The notes: generated by a model from the letters alone, not told the origin. A DNA stretch of 64,000 bases from Candidatus Nanohaloarchaea archaeon (GCA_014297435.1 JACOQA010000001.1:160001-224000); one strand, 5' to 3'; positions 48,047 to 57,880 are shown, counted from the stretch's first letter. Translations and numbers: made by a program.

Positions 48047-49437
48047 CCTAGGCTTCCCTCCATCTCTAACTGGATAAGCCTGTTCAACTCAACAGCGTAT
48101 TCAAGAGGTAGCTCCTTCGCTATAGGTTCAATAAATCCTCTTACAATCATCTCTTTAGCCTCCTCCTCTTCTATACCTCTCGACATCAAGTAGTGTATTT
48201 CTTCGTCGCCGATAGATCCTACGGTGGCTTCGTGCGCTACATCAACGTCATCCTCTTTCAACTCAACGTAAGGTTCGGTATCGGAGGTTGCTTCCTCATC
48301 AAACATAAGTGCATCGCATTCGATTGAGGTCTTGCTGCCATGTGCGCCGTTAGCGACTCTTACAAGTCCTCTGTAATTTGTTCTTCCATTATCCTGTGAA
48401 ATTGACTTGGACTCGATAGTTGATTTTGTGTTCGGAGCGTTATGGATTACCTTGGCTCCTGTATCGATGTCCTGTCCTTCTCCGGCGAAAGAAATTGTAA
48501 TGTGGTTGGCTTTAGCCCCTTCTCCATTCAAATGGCTTGAAGGGTAGAGCATCGTTACTTTTGAGCCCATGGAGCCGGAAACCCATTCCATAGTCCCGTT
48601 CTTCTGTACCTTCGCTCTTTTAGTATTCAGGTTGTATGTGTTCTTCGACCAGTTCTGGACAGTTGAGTACTGGACGTGTGCATCTTCTTTGACAAATACC
48701 TCGACACATCCTGAGTGAAGATTGCTACGTGTATATTGTGGGGCTGAACACCCTTCGATATAGTGAACCTGTGAGTTTTCTTCCGCAATAATGAGTGTGT
48801 GTTCGAACTGCCCCATACCTTTCGAATTCATCCTAAAGTAGGCTTGAACAGGTATCTCTACCTCTACACCCTCCGGAACGTAGACAAAAGATCCTCCTGA
48901 CCATACAGCACCGTGTAAAGCAGCGAACTTGTTATCCTGAGCAGGCACACACTTAGTCATGAAGTATTCTTTAACTAGCTCTTCATGTTCCTGCAAAGCT
49001 TTATCCATATCGCAGAAAATGACTCCTTTCTCTTCCCATTCTTCTTTCATATTCTGGTAAACGACTTCGGAATCGTACTGTGCGCCAACGCCGGAAAGTG
49101 CATCTCTTTCTGCTTCAGGTATTCCCAGTCTATCAAATGTTTCTCTTATCTCGTCTGGAACCTCGTCCCACTCGTTACTCTGATCTGCATCCGGCTTGAT
49201 GAATGCAGTAATTTCCTCGAAGTCGATTCCCGAAAGATCTGGACCCCAGTCTGGCATTGGTCTTTTCTTGAAATGCCTGTAGGCTCTTAACCGTTTCTTC
49301 TTCATCCATTCAGGCTCATCTTTCTGTTCTGATATTTCTTCAATTATCTCTTCGGAGAGACCTTTTCCTGAGTCATATGCGGGTTCAGAATCTACTTTGT
49401 GGTCGAAACGTTCCTGGTTTTTCTCAACTTCAGACAT
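48043..49437 (-). CDS. sufB: Fe-S assembly protein SufB
   Basis: DNKFAALHGAVWSGGSFVYVP, GQFEHTLI, YIEGCSAP, HEATVG, PLEYAVELNRLI. Confidence 0.98.
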   Translation of the reverse strand: MSEVEKNQERFDHKVDSEPAYDSGKGLSEEIIEEISEQKDEPEWMKKKRLRAYRHFKKRPMPDWGPDLSGIDFEEITAFIKPDADQSNEWDEVPDEIRETFDRLGIPEAERDALSGVGAQYDSEVVYQNMKEEWEEKGVIFCDMDKALQEHEELVKEYFMTKCVPAQDNKFAALHGAVWSGGSFVYVPEGVEVEIPVQAYFRMNSKGMGQFEHTLIIAEENSQVHYIEGCSAPQYTRSNLHSGCVEVFVKEDAHVQYSTVQNWSKNTYNLNTKRAKVQKNGTMEWVSGSMGSKVTMLYPSSHLNGEGAKANHITISFAGEGQDIDTGAKVIHNAPNTKSTIESKSISQDNGRTNYRGLVRVANGAHGSKTSIECDALMFDEEATSDTEPYVELKEDDVDVAHEATVGSIGDEEIHYLMSRGIEEEEAKEMIVRGFIEPIAKELPLEYAVELNRLIQLEMEGSLG

Positions 49438-49521
49438 ATCAAATAATTCCCCATGAAGCTTTAAATCCTGACTTATCTACCAGGATTCTGTGATAAAGTT
49501 TTCTTTATATTTGAGTAAGGT

Positions 49522-49911
49522 ATGCCGACGCACTATGGTGAGAGAATATATGATTCCGTCAGTAAAAGAGATTTGGAAGAAGGATTGAGGGATTTAAGAG
49601 ATCCCATAGGTGAATTGCTTGACGATTCAGTGGATGAGAGCTCATCAGTATATTCATTCGGTGTTGAGGACGTAAGCGAAATAGGATTTAATGAAGAATA
49701 CTCTTTCACTTCAGGTCAGGAACAAGAACTTGATCTATCTATAGCTCTTGCAGAACTAGATGGTCGCAGGCTTATGACCAGTATTTATCGTGATGGGAAT
49801 GAAGATATCTACGAAGAATTTACAGAAAAGATTGATGAAGCAATTGAGGGTCTAAAGGCAGGTAAGAGATGCACAAGCTCTAACAGTGAGACCTGGGTAT
49901 TTAACCCTTGA
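49522..49911 (+). CDS. acidic hypothetical protein
   Basis: 129 aa ORF. Confidence 0.6.
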   Translation: MPTHYGERIYDSVSKRDLEEGLRDLRDPIGELLDDSVDESSSVYSFGVEDVSEIGFNEEYSFTSGQEQELDLSIALAELDGRRLMTSIYRDGNEDIYEEFTEKIDEAIEGLKAGKRCTSSNSETWVFNP

Positions 49912-50293
49912 TTTCTGATGAAGAGTAGCCCTCTCTTTCTTTTATCCTATGTACCTCAACTTTGTGATTTGTTGCATCCTCTGCCATTTCCTTCACTTCT
50001 TCGTCTGAGTGTTTCTGATCGTGACCTAGAGTGATGATATCCGGATCAACTTCCTTCACGGTCGAGTATATGTCGCCTTCTGAGCCCAGAACAGCTCTAT
50101 CAACAACTTCGAGAGAATCAAGCATTTCTCTTCTTTCTTCCTCAGAAAACTCCAGATCTTTTCTTCCTCTAACTCGAGAGTCTCTAGCAACAACTACAAT
50201 CAGTTTATCGCCCAGATCAGCTGACCTTTCCAGATAATACAGGTGACCTGGATGAAGCACATCGAAAGTTCCCTGAGCCATCACGTTCTTCAT
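49901..50293 (-). CDS. ribL: archaeal FAD synthase RibL (nucleotidylyltransferase family)
   Basis: QGTFDVLHPGH, VVVARD, PDIITLGHDQ, YSSSEIK. Confidence 0.85.
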   Translation of the reverse strand: MKNVMAQGTFDVLHPGHLYYLERSADLGDKLIVVVARDSRVRGRKDLEFSEEERREMLDSLEVVDRAVLGSEGDIYSTVKEVDPDIITLGHDQKHSDEEVKEMAEDATNHKVEVHRIKEREGYSSSEIKG

Positions 50294-50347
50294 GGAGAGT
50301 GATACTATGGTTATGCACTTAAGGCTTGATATTTGAGTGTCGAGTTT

Positions 50348-52174
50348 TTAGAAAAACTCTTCTATCTCTTTCCAAGGAGCCTTTGTACTTTTTAGACTGG
50401 TTCCTGGAGGGAAGACTTTCCTGTAGTTGCTCCAGTCGTACCTCTTATCCATGTAAACTATTACTCCTTCATCAGTCTTTGATCGAATACATCTGCCTGC
50501 GGCCTGTATCGCACGGTTCATAGCGGGATAGCTATAGCCGTAGTCCCAGCCCTTGCCGAACAATTCATCGTAGAAGTCGATCAATTCCTTTGTTTCAAGG
50601 TCAGGTCTCTGCAGGGGAAGACCTACGACGAAAACCCCTTTCAAAACTTCTCCGGGATAGTCCACACCTTCACCAAATGAACCTGCAGCAACACCTAGTA
50701 GTACAGAGTCTTTCTCTCCTTTTCTAGCTGCGAAGTCGTCAAGAACCTCCTGTTTTTCCTCCTTGTCCATAGAACGATCCTCAATAAACAGTTTTCTGTC
50801 CGTCCTCGTTTCAAGCAACTCCTTTACCTTGTACATCATCGAGTAGCTAGGGAAGAAAACCCCACAGTTTCCATCAACTGATTCGAACGATTTCGCGAGA
50901 TACCATGCGTATTTCTGTCTCATCGAGTCGTCTCTTTCCTCGTATTTTGTGGTCAGAGTCGGTATTACTAGACTGATCTGATTCTCCTTCGGGAAAGGTG
51001 ACTCAAAGGATACCTTCTCGGTTTGTTCCTCTTCTAAGCCCGTTAAATCGATGTACATCTGTTGTGGGGTTAATGTACCTGACATCAAAACAGAGCTGAA
51101 AGACTTGTTCAAAGGTTCCTTTGTGGATATCTGTGGATCGAGACAGGAATAGTTTATTCTTATCTCGCGGTTACCTCCGCTCGTCCTAGCTCTCTTAATA
51201 CATCTGACAAATCCTTTGTCCTCACCGTTCCAGTGATCTAAAAACTCAGCTACGTTTGCGCAGTAGCTTCTTTCCTGCTCGTCCTCAACTTCCTCCGCAA
51301 CATTTTCTAGGTCGAGAATGAGTTCATCATAATCGTAGAAGCTTTCTACAGGTTCTTTCAAAGTTGTTTTTTCAAGTGTTTCTTCATGGCTTGTCTGTCC
51401 GAGTTTGTCTCGTGCTATCCGGTTTATAGCCCGATCAAGCTGCTCTAGGTATTCCTGTTCTCTGTAGTAACCAAATTTCTCTGCTTCGGTCTGCGCCTTC
51501 TTTATCTGTGGAATTGTTACAGAGCTTGAGAACAAGGACCTGGTTCTCGAAGGAAGGTTATGGGCTTCATCAACAATTATTATTGTGTCATTTAGATCGA
51601 TACCTGCTTTTTCAAATACTATTTCTCTCACGCCAGGGTGGAAGATGTGGAAGTAGTCTGCGACAACCAAGTCGGCTTCAGCCGTCATATGCATCAAGAT
51701 CTGGTAAGGACAGACATCTGTACAGCGCTTCTTGACCTCTTCCGCGGTCAAACCTTGGTTCTTGAACTCTTTGATCCGGTTCCTGGCTTCATCCGTTAAC
51801 TCGTGTGCTTCTGTAAAAGTATTGTCGTGTCTCGGGCAATCGGGTCCTTCCTGCCCTCTAATACCAGCTTCGCCCTCGCAAAGATGTGATTTTCCTATTA
51901 AGTCTACTGAAGAAACGGTTTCATCATGTTTTTCGTTAATCTTTCTTGCTGTCTCTATAGCTATCTGGTGCTGGCTGTGTCTAGGAGTGACAAAAAATAC
52001 TTTCTTATCGTTCTGTTTTGCGTACTCTAAAGCAGGTGTTATTGATCCTGCTGTCTTTCCTAGACCCGTAGGAGCATGAGCTACAACTGAGCCTTCTCTA
52101 TCTATCGCTTCTTCTACTTTTTCTATTAGTTCGTCCTGTTTCTCCCTTACCTCTGAGAACGGGAATAAGTCCAT
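50348..52174 (-). CDS. xpd: XPD/Rad3 family Fe-S DNA helicase
   Basis: APTGLGKT, four Cys incl. CPY, DEAH, MSGTL, EGVDYPG, QAAGRCIRS. Confidence 0.92.
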   Translation of the reverse strand: MDLFPFSEVREKQDELIEKVEEAIDREGSVVAHAPTGLGKTAGSITPALEYAKQNDKKVFFVTPRHSQHQIAIETARKINEKHDETVSSVDLIGKSHLCEGEAGIRGQEGPDCPRHDNTFTEAHELTDEARNRIKEFKNQGLTAEEVKKRCTDVCPYQILMHMTAEADLVVADYFHIFHPGVREIVFEKAGIDLNDTIIIVDEAHNLPSRTRSLFSSSVTIPQIKKAQTEAEKFGYYREQEYLEQLDRAINRIARDKLGQTSHEETLEKTTLKEPVESFYDYDELILDLENVAEEVEDEQERSYCANVAEFLDHWNGEDKGFVRCIKRARTSGGNREIRINYSCLDPQISTKEPLNKSFSSVLMSGTLTPQQMYIDLTGLEEEQTEKVSFESPFPKENQISLVIPTLTTKYEERDDSMRQKYAWYLAKSFESVDGNCGVFFPSYSMMYKVKELLETRTDRKLFIEDRSMDKEEKQEVLDDFAARKGEKDSVLLGVAAGSFGEGVDYPGEVLKGVFVVGLPLQRPDLETKELIDFYDELFGKGWDYGYSYPAMNRAIQAAGRCIRSKTDEGVIVYMDKRYDWSNYRKVFPPGTSLKSTKAPWKEIEEFF

Positions 52175-52258
52175 AAACATTCCTCAGGACTGCAACTGAT
52201 TTTAAGCTTGACACATCTCAGGAAACAGGTAAAAAATTATTATCTAATAATCAGGTTT

Positions 52259-53137
52259 ATGAGCTGGCATGCCACTGATGCTATCGATGAAACCGTCGAG
52301 AAAACCAAGGACTTCTTGATGCCTTTTGATCTAGGTCTTTGGTCGAGACTGGCTTTAGTCGTATTTTTTGTTGGAAGTATAAGTCTGAGCGTGCCGTTGC
52401 CGCCGCTTCCGCCTGAAGCATTTATGGCTTTAACAGAAATATCTGGTATCGGAGTTTCAGCAGCCTTTATTGCAGGAATAATCGCCGTATCTTTCATAAT
52501 AGGGTTAGGCATGCTCTTCCTCTCTAGCGTGTTTAACTTTGTTCTTTTCCAGGGCTTGATCGAAGAAAATTTTGATCTAGGCAGTCTTTTCAGCCAGAAT
52601 ATAGGCAGAGGCATCCAGTTCATGAGCTTTCAGTTGGTAGCGCTTCTCGCTGGTATTATATTTTTAGCGGGAACATTTGCTCTAGCATTTGTACAGCCAT
52701 TATTCTTGATACCTGCTGTAATTGTTTTGATCCCGCTTGCAGTTATTTCGGGAATAGTTATGACGCTTGTTCATGACTTTGTTCTACCAGAAATGATCAA
52801 GAAAGACACAAACTTGATAACGTCCTTGAAATCAGTTTATCCGGATCTAAAGGATCAAAGCTTTGAAGTTCTTATCTATGTTGTGTTGAAGATAGCGATC
52901 TCTCTTGCCGTAGGCTTTGCTGTATCGTTTGGATCCATTGCAGCTATTATACTTTTGGCAGTTGTTCTAGGTATTCCTGCAGCGATCCTCTCCATGATCG
53001 GTATACCTGTAGGTGGCATCGCCATAATGCTTGGCTTGATCGGTTTCGTGATCTTGATGGTGTTTATAGTGGCTGTGCCGGTAAATGTCTTCATGTACTT
53101 TTACGCCCTGAACGTCTACGAAAAATTGCTTGAGTGA
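52259..53137 (+). CDS. multi-pass membrane protein
   Basis: about 6-7 TM segments. Confidence 0.75.
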   Translation: MSWHATDAIDETVEKTKDFLMPFDLGLWSRLALVVFFVGSISLSVPLPPLPPEAFMALTEISGIGVSAAFIAGIIAVSFIIGLGMLFLSSVFNFVLFQGLIEENFDLGSLFSQNIGRGIQFMSFQLVALLAGIIFLAGTFALAFVQPLFLIPAVIVLIPLAVISGIVMTLVHDFVLPEMIKKDTNLITSLKSVYPDLKDQSFEVLIYVVLKIAISLAVGFAVSFGSIAAIILLAVVLGIPAAILSMIGIPVGGIAIMLGLIGFVILMVFIVAVPVNVFMYFYALNVYEKLLE

Positions 53138-53169
53138 AAAATGAAAATGTAGAAGGGAGGGGGGAAGTA

Positions 53170-53322
53170 TTATTTGTCGAGGCTGTAGTCCTCGTACTGA
53201 AGTAAGAGTAAACGTACTGCTTCGTGGAAAGCATCGGTCTTATCCTTGAACAGTCCCTCTTCGACCATTCGATCAATCTCTTCATTTAATTCGTCCGATA
53301 GTCTTACAGAGACTGTTGACAT
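53170..53322 (-). CDS. ribbon-helix-helix regulator, CopG/CdrS-like (not in ORF track)
   Basis: hand translation MSTVSVRLSDELNEEIDRMVEEGLFKDKTDAFHEAVRLLLLQYEDYSLDK; TTTATAAA upstream. Confidence 0.8.
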   Translation of the reverse strand: MSTVSVRLSDELNEEIDRMVEEGLFKDKTDAFHEAVRLLLLQYEDYSLDK

Positions 53323-53423
53323 CCACTTTCTGTACTACAATTCCAGCAGCTTGTTTATAAAGTCTCGGTTGTTTTGTGTTACAGAAACTGAAATCTGTAA
53401 AAAATGTAATTCAAATGTATTAC

Positions 53424-54599
53424 TTAGAAATCTCCTAAGCTTGATTGCCGTCCGCCAATCATCTTAGACCTCTTTCTTAAATGGTTGTACAGGAACTTGA
53501 ACTTGTTAGATATCTCGAACTTCACCTGCCTAAAGCTATCAAGTTCCTCAGGATCATCAAAAGCATCTCTTACCGTTTCACGAATAACCCAGACGCCGAG
53601 CGGAGCCCAGTAATCAGGATGAACCTCTCTCAGTACAAGTGCTTTGGCCTGACGCTTCCTATTAATCAAGTGTTCTACTATTCCAAGTCTGGCAGCGTAG
53701 AACGCACCTGAAGTCTCCTGTGCGTACTCTGTTCTGCCCGAATATGGTTCGTGGTCGATACCTACATGCGTGTTTTCCGCGGCATTCCAGACCGAACCCG
53801 GACGCTTCATCTCAATCAACTCATACTCCCACTTGCCCGGAATCAAAAAGATGTGGAAATCGTTTCCAACATAGCTGTTCTTGTAGTATTCTATCTGCCC
53901 AAGCTCCTGATAATTCTTGATGCGGGAACGCATCTTTTTCGATATCATGTCGTCGGAAGCCGTAATACTCCAGCGTGTAGGTACTAATTTCCTGTTATCT
54001 TCTTGTCCAAGCATTCCTGTACTCAGAGACTGTTGAATCTTGTAATTGTCTATCCCTTTCTCGTGCAGTTCGTCTACCGCGGTCTCGGTCTTCACATCTG
54101 TGTCGTAGAACTTTTTCTCGATCTTTTTCTCTACTGAAGGATTCTCGTTCAGCATGAAACGGTCGATATCACCCGAAGCAGATACAGGCTTCACTCTTCC
54201 TCCAGAAATACTGCTTCCCGGCTTCTTATCAAGCTCAACCTCTATATCAACCGGTTTCTTCGACATCGCTACCTCTCTAGTATTCATAACGAAGTTTCCG
54301 GTGTTCTCGACCTTGTACTTCTTTTTCGAGTTAACTAGTGAGGTTCTCAGTGATGCTACTTTTTCGACGTTGTAGCTGTTCTTGTACCAGTCCTTCGGAG
54401 AGTCAAGCAGACTAGAATCGCCAGGATGCTGTGGAGATAGAACTCCTGTGTTAACTTTCGGGTATGTGTGAGAACCTATGAAAACTGAAGGCGCTTTTCC
54501 CTGAAACTGTTTCGCTCTCTCAATAGAAGGCATTACCTCCTGGAGCTTCCTTTTAGCCTCCTCGGAGCTCATTCCTTTCGCGAGTTTGCCGTATCCCAT
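53424..54599 (-). CDS. nreA: Nre DNA repair protein with C-terminal PIP box
   Basis: PSVFIG..YPKV, RKLVPTRWSITASD, PLGVWVIRETVR, terminal QSSLGDF. Confidence 0.93.
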   Translation of the reverse strand: MGYGKLAKGMSSEEAKRKLQEVMPSIERAKQFQGKAPSVFIGSHTYPKVNTGVLSPQHPGDSSLLDSPKDWYKNSYNVEKVASLRTSLVNSKKKYKVENTGNFVMNTREVAMSKKPVDIEVELDKKPGSSISGGRVKPVSASGDIDRFMLNENPSVEKKIEKKFYDTDVKTETAVDELHEKGIDNYKIQQSLSTGMLGQEDNRKLVPTRWSITASDDMISKKMRSRIKNYQELGQIEYYKNSYVGNDFHIFLIPGKWEYELIEMKRPGSVWNAAENTHVGIDHEPYSGRTEYAQETSGAFYAARLGIVEHLINRKRQAKALVLREVHPDYWAPLGVWVIRETVRDAFDDPEELDSFRQVKFEISNKFKFLYNHLRKRSKMIGGRQSSLGDF

Positions 54600-54686
54600 A
54601 CCTAGGAATATGGTAGAGAAATAATTTGAAGATGGTTACGAATGTATCTAGAAAATTTATCAGTTTGCTCTCTGAAGCAAATTATT

Positions 54687-55427
54687 ATGCTGTCTTTTTT
54701 GAGATCTTTAATAAGTTCAAATAGAAGCTCGAAATCAGGTCAGGAAAAAGGAACTCTCGACACAAATGTTGATGAGGCAGTTTCTAGAGCTTCAGAGATC
54801 CTTAAAGATCTAGGATTTGAACCGGAAGAAGTCAGGACTTCTTATGAGAACTACAAGAAAACTGATCTGGAACAGGGTAAGACAATAGAGAGCTACATCA
54901 AGGAGAATGATAAATTTATTTACAGCCTTGAACCTGACGAGAACGTACCTATTGCCGTTATCGTCGAAGACATTATCCGGTACTCGGATCGGGGAGTTTA
55001 TACCGACTTCTCCTACGGGGAGGATCAAGTGCAGAGAAAGCTTTCAGCCGCTTTTCCTGAAGGATATTCTATTAGATTGGAGGATCTTGAAGGTCACAAG
55101 CTTGGTTACTGGAAAGATCGAGAGGAGAATTACTATGTTGAGGAGGGCGATACTTTCCGGGCGATTCTGAAGACAGAGAACGAAGAAAGATCTACAGATT
55201 TCAGCTATCCTGAGGATCATTACGGCAAAAGCAGCTTTGATAGGCTCGTCAAACAAGTAAATAAAGATTTGCTGATTGCTGAGGATTTCAGCATATACCA
55301 GTTCAAACGCTTTGGAGATTACTGGGAATTTGCAGTTCTCAAAGATCGTGAAGCTAAAAGATTCAAGGATAAGTATGGTTCAGAATCTCAGATTGCTGAC
55401 CAAACTCTTATAGAGTTTGATTTCTAG
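54687..55427 (+). CDS. hypothetical protein
   Basis: 246 aa acidic ORF, amphipathic MLSFLRSLIS N-terminus. Confidence 0.65.
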   Translation: MLSFLRSLISSNRSSKSGQEKGTLDTNVDEAVSRASEILKDLGFEPEEVRTSYENYKKTDLEQGKTIESYIKENDKFIYSLEPDENVPIAVIVEDIIRYSDRGVYTDFSYGEDQVQRKLSAAFPEGYSIRLEDLEGHKLGYWKDREENYYVEEGDTFRAILKTENEERSTDFSYPEDHYGKSSFDRLVKQVNKDLLIAEDFSIYQFKRFGDYWEFAVLKDREAKRFKDKYGSESQIADQTLIEFDF

Positions 55428-55522
55428 ATGGGAGACCAGCTGCTACACCGTTTCATAGGCGAAAGCATTTTTCCCTTTGATGTGGTCTAAGGCTCTGTCC
55501 TTTAGGTCGGGGAGGATGTCAC
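55428..55522 (+). mobile_element. degenerate IS200/IS605 (tnpB-type) right end / omega-RNA-like remnant
   Basis: hairpin CTCTGTCC-TTTA-GGTCGGGG then AGGATGTCAC, resembling known right ends; no tnpA/tnpB ORF adjacent. Confidence 0.6.
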
Positions 55523-55932
55523 CTCAGCTTAAAAAATGAGTAAAGTCCTGAGGTGTAGGTCACCAGCCAGAAACCTAGGAAGGTGTAGTAAAGCAGATCG
55601 ATTCTGGCTGTGAACAGAGAGACTATGAATGCCGCTAGGAATACATAAGCGATCATTCCGGAACCTACGTGAAGTCTCATGAAAAGCTTTGGTCTGTTCA
55701 ATCGCTGAAACGTACCTGAAATCACGCCGCTGTGAACAAAATAGACTGTGCTGAAATCAAAAATTCCTGCTACGGCTATTAAAGCTGTTAAGGTTGTAGC
55801 AGACCGGTCAAAAAGCATTAAAGCCCCGAAAAATAGTATTCCGGCAATTGTAGACCCGGTCTGATTCATTATCCTTGCGTTTGATTCTGAAACGCTGTCA
55901 AGCCTGTTTGTTATCTTGTCAGTAATCTTCAT
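55519..55932 (-). CDS. 4-TM membrane protein
   Basis: 137 aa hydrophobic ORF. Confidence 0.7.
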   Translation of the reverse strand: MKITDKITNRLDSVSESNARIMNQTGSTIAGILFFGALMLFDRSATTLTALIAVAGIFDFSTVYFVHSGVISGTFQRLNRPKLFMRLHVGSGMIAYVFLAAFIVSLFTARIDLLYYTFLGFWLVTYTSGLYSFFKLR

Positions 55933-56195
55933 GGGTTCGCCAGCACCTTTTGATTTGAGTATTAGGTAATTTACGGGAAAGGTCTTATCATTCTTTAACG
56001 TATTTGATTGGGTTGTTGAGAATGCGGTTTTAGTACAATCATAATTTGTAGGTTGTTAGAACGAGACAGATTAGTAGAAAAATAGGTTATTAACCTGTTA
56101 AACATTCTAAGTAGCAGAGCGATGATTTTGGGATGAAAGAGTATCCGTGCCGTGATGCATTTAACTTTTACTAAAGAATAACAACGTGTGATAAT

Positions 56196-56789
56196 ATGGC
56201 AGAAAACACTACACCACTTTCAATGAAATCATCAGATGTTTATGCAGAAGGGGAAGTTTCACCGTCAAAAGCAGAACACGTAATGACAACACTAACGAAA
56301 GGAAGTGTTGGAGTTGAATATGACGGTCCAGGAGCACTGGAGGACAAAGAGTTAGTTGAACCAGAAGATGCAGTGGATGTTCTCAATACAGCACTAGGAT
56401 ACAGCTCACAGATGACTCCGGATGAACAACTAGAGAGACGGCAACTGATGGAAGAACTAGGATTCGACAACTCAACATATGGAAGCGGATCAGTCGTCCA
56501 AGAACTTGTAGAAGGTCATGGCAAACAAGGAGCCGATACTCCGGTGTATCTGATGGCTGCTTTTGATGAAGAATTGGCAGATAAGGAGTCAGGGATAGCC
56601 TCAGAATACGCGGTTGTAGTTGACGACCTTCAAACCGCAGTTAGATCAACCCAAGAAGATTTTGAAGCCAACCTAAAATTCACGGGAAACATGCTAGGCG
56701 AATCAACAAGCCAACGAGATGTGCAAGAATACGCTAGAACCGTCGGCGGAGAACTAAGCGAAGCTTACCAGACAATAGCCGACTTATAG
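56196..56789 (+). CDS. acidic hypothetical protein
   Basis: 197 aa ORF, TTTTACTAAA upstream, T-rich tract downstream. Confidence 0.7.
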   Translation: MAENTTPLSMKSSDVYAEGEVSPSKAEHVMTTLTKGSVGVEYDGPGALEDKELVEPEDAVDVLNTALGYSSQMTPDEQLERRQLMEELGFDNSTYGSGSVVQELVEGHGKQGADTPVYLMAAFDEELADKESGIASEYAVVVDDLQTAVRSTQEDFEANLKFTGNMLGESTSQRDVQEYARTVGGELSEAYQTIADL

Positions 56790-56866
56790 ATAAAGAAAAA
56801 ACCCAACTTCATTTTTACTTTCTTCCTATCTGTAGAATGTGAAGACAATATAGTTCAGTACAGGTT

Positions 56867-56941
56867 TGGACTCTCCGGGATTTGAACCCGGGGCCTTCTG
56901 CTTGCGAAGCAGATGCTCGTCCCAAGCTGAGCTAAGAGCCC
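56867..56941 (-). tRNA. tRNA-Ala(CGC), no encoded CCA
   Basis: GGGCTCT acceptor with G3:U70, TCTGC-TT-CGC-AA-GCAGA arm, GGTTCAAATCC. Confidence 0.96.
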
Positions 56942-56980
56942 TTCCCTCCAAAAAGGAGATGATGTAGAAAAGTTAAAAAC

Positions 56981-57601
56981 TCAGTTCTGGTCTTCCTGGA
57001 TCTCCAGAGGTAATTCTTTGTCTTCACGGATTCCGGTAGTCATCACAAGTTTGAGACCTTCTTTGACCGAGATGTCTACATCCTCTACGTTGTCTTCTTC
57101 AGCGATTATTAGGTGTCCGGCTGTAGGATTGGGGCTTTGTGGTATGAAGATGTTGATTTTTTCTCCAAGTTCCTCGGGGGAGTCTCCTGTTACAAATCCT
57201 ATGCTTTCGATACCTTCTCTAGGATATTCTACTAGTACGACGCGCTGGTACCTGCTTTTTTCCACCATAGAGTTAGCAAGATGTCTGACAGAGAAATAGA
57301 TTGTTCTTACTAGTGGTATGAGGTTGATGGCTCTTCCTCCGCCGCCCAGTATTCTTCTTCCAAAGGTGCTGGCTGCTAATAGACCTATGAAAGTCACAAG
57401 TGTGATTATTGTAAGCCCGGTTAGTAGTTGTGCTACTAGTTCTATGTTTGCCGTATACCGAGCTAGACCTAGGTTGATAACTATAGGGTTGATAATGCCC
57501 AGAGCCCAGGTGAAAACAAGTTTTAGAACGAATATTGTAACAGCTAAAGGAGCTAGAATTATTGCGCCGGTGATAAACGAGTTTTTGAGCTTGTATCTCA
57601 T
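56981..57601 (-). CDS. DUF502 membrane protein
   Basis: FITGAIILAPLAVT, VVLVEYPREG, FIPQSPNPTAG. Confidence 0.9.
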   Translation of the reverse strand: MRYKLKNSFITGAIILAPLAVTIFVLKLVFTWALGIINPIVINLGLARYTANIELVAQLLTGLTIITLVTFIGLLAASTFGRRILGGGGRAINLIPLVRTIYFSVRHLANSMVEKSRYQRVVLVEYPREGIESIGFVTGDSPEELGEKINIFIPQSPNPTAGHLIIAEEDNVEDVDISVKEGLKLVMTTGIREDKELPLEIQEDQN

Positions 57602-57639
57602 GCTAACAACAGGTCTTTTCTATGGTATAAACCTTGTGT

Positions 57640-57825
57640 TCAGCTCGAATGTTTTGAGTAGTATTTTGAAACAATACTTACAAGAACAACCATCAATGTC
57701 GCGAAAACAATTAAACCCTCTACTAGACCGATAGTAGTGATGGCTACAGCTGTTAAAACCATTATAGACAAGTTCAGGATGGAGAATACAGCGAAAAGTT
57801 TGGTCGCCCTGCGGTCGATCTCCAT
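57640..57825 (-). CDS. small 2-TM membrane protein
   Basis: hydrophobic ORF, TTTAAA upstream. Confidence 0.55.
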   Translation of the reverse strand: MEIDRRATKLFAVFSILNLSIMVLTAVAITTIGLVEGLIVFATLMVVLVSIVSKYYSKHSS

Positions 57826-57880
57826 ACTCAATAAAAACAAGTCCGGGGTTTAAATCTCTACAGCTAAATAATAGGGAAAT

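Noticed and set aside
53424-54599. NreA lacking the N-terminal Cys cluster
   Set aside because: As I recall, haloarchaeal NreA also lacks it, so not clearly unusual
55933-56195. Replication origin
   Set aside because: No cdc6/orc1 nearby and no ORB-like G-string repeats seen
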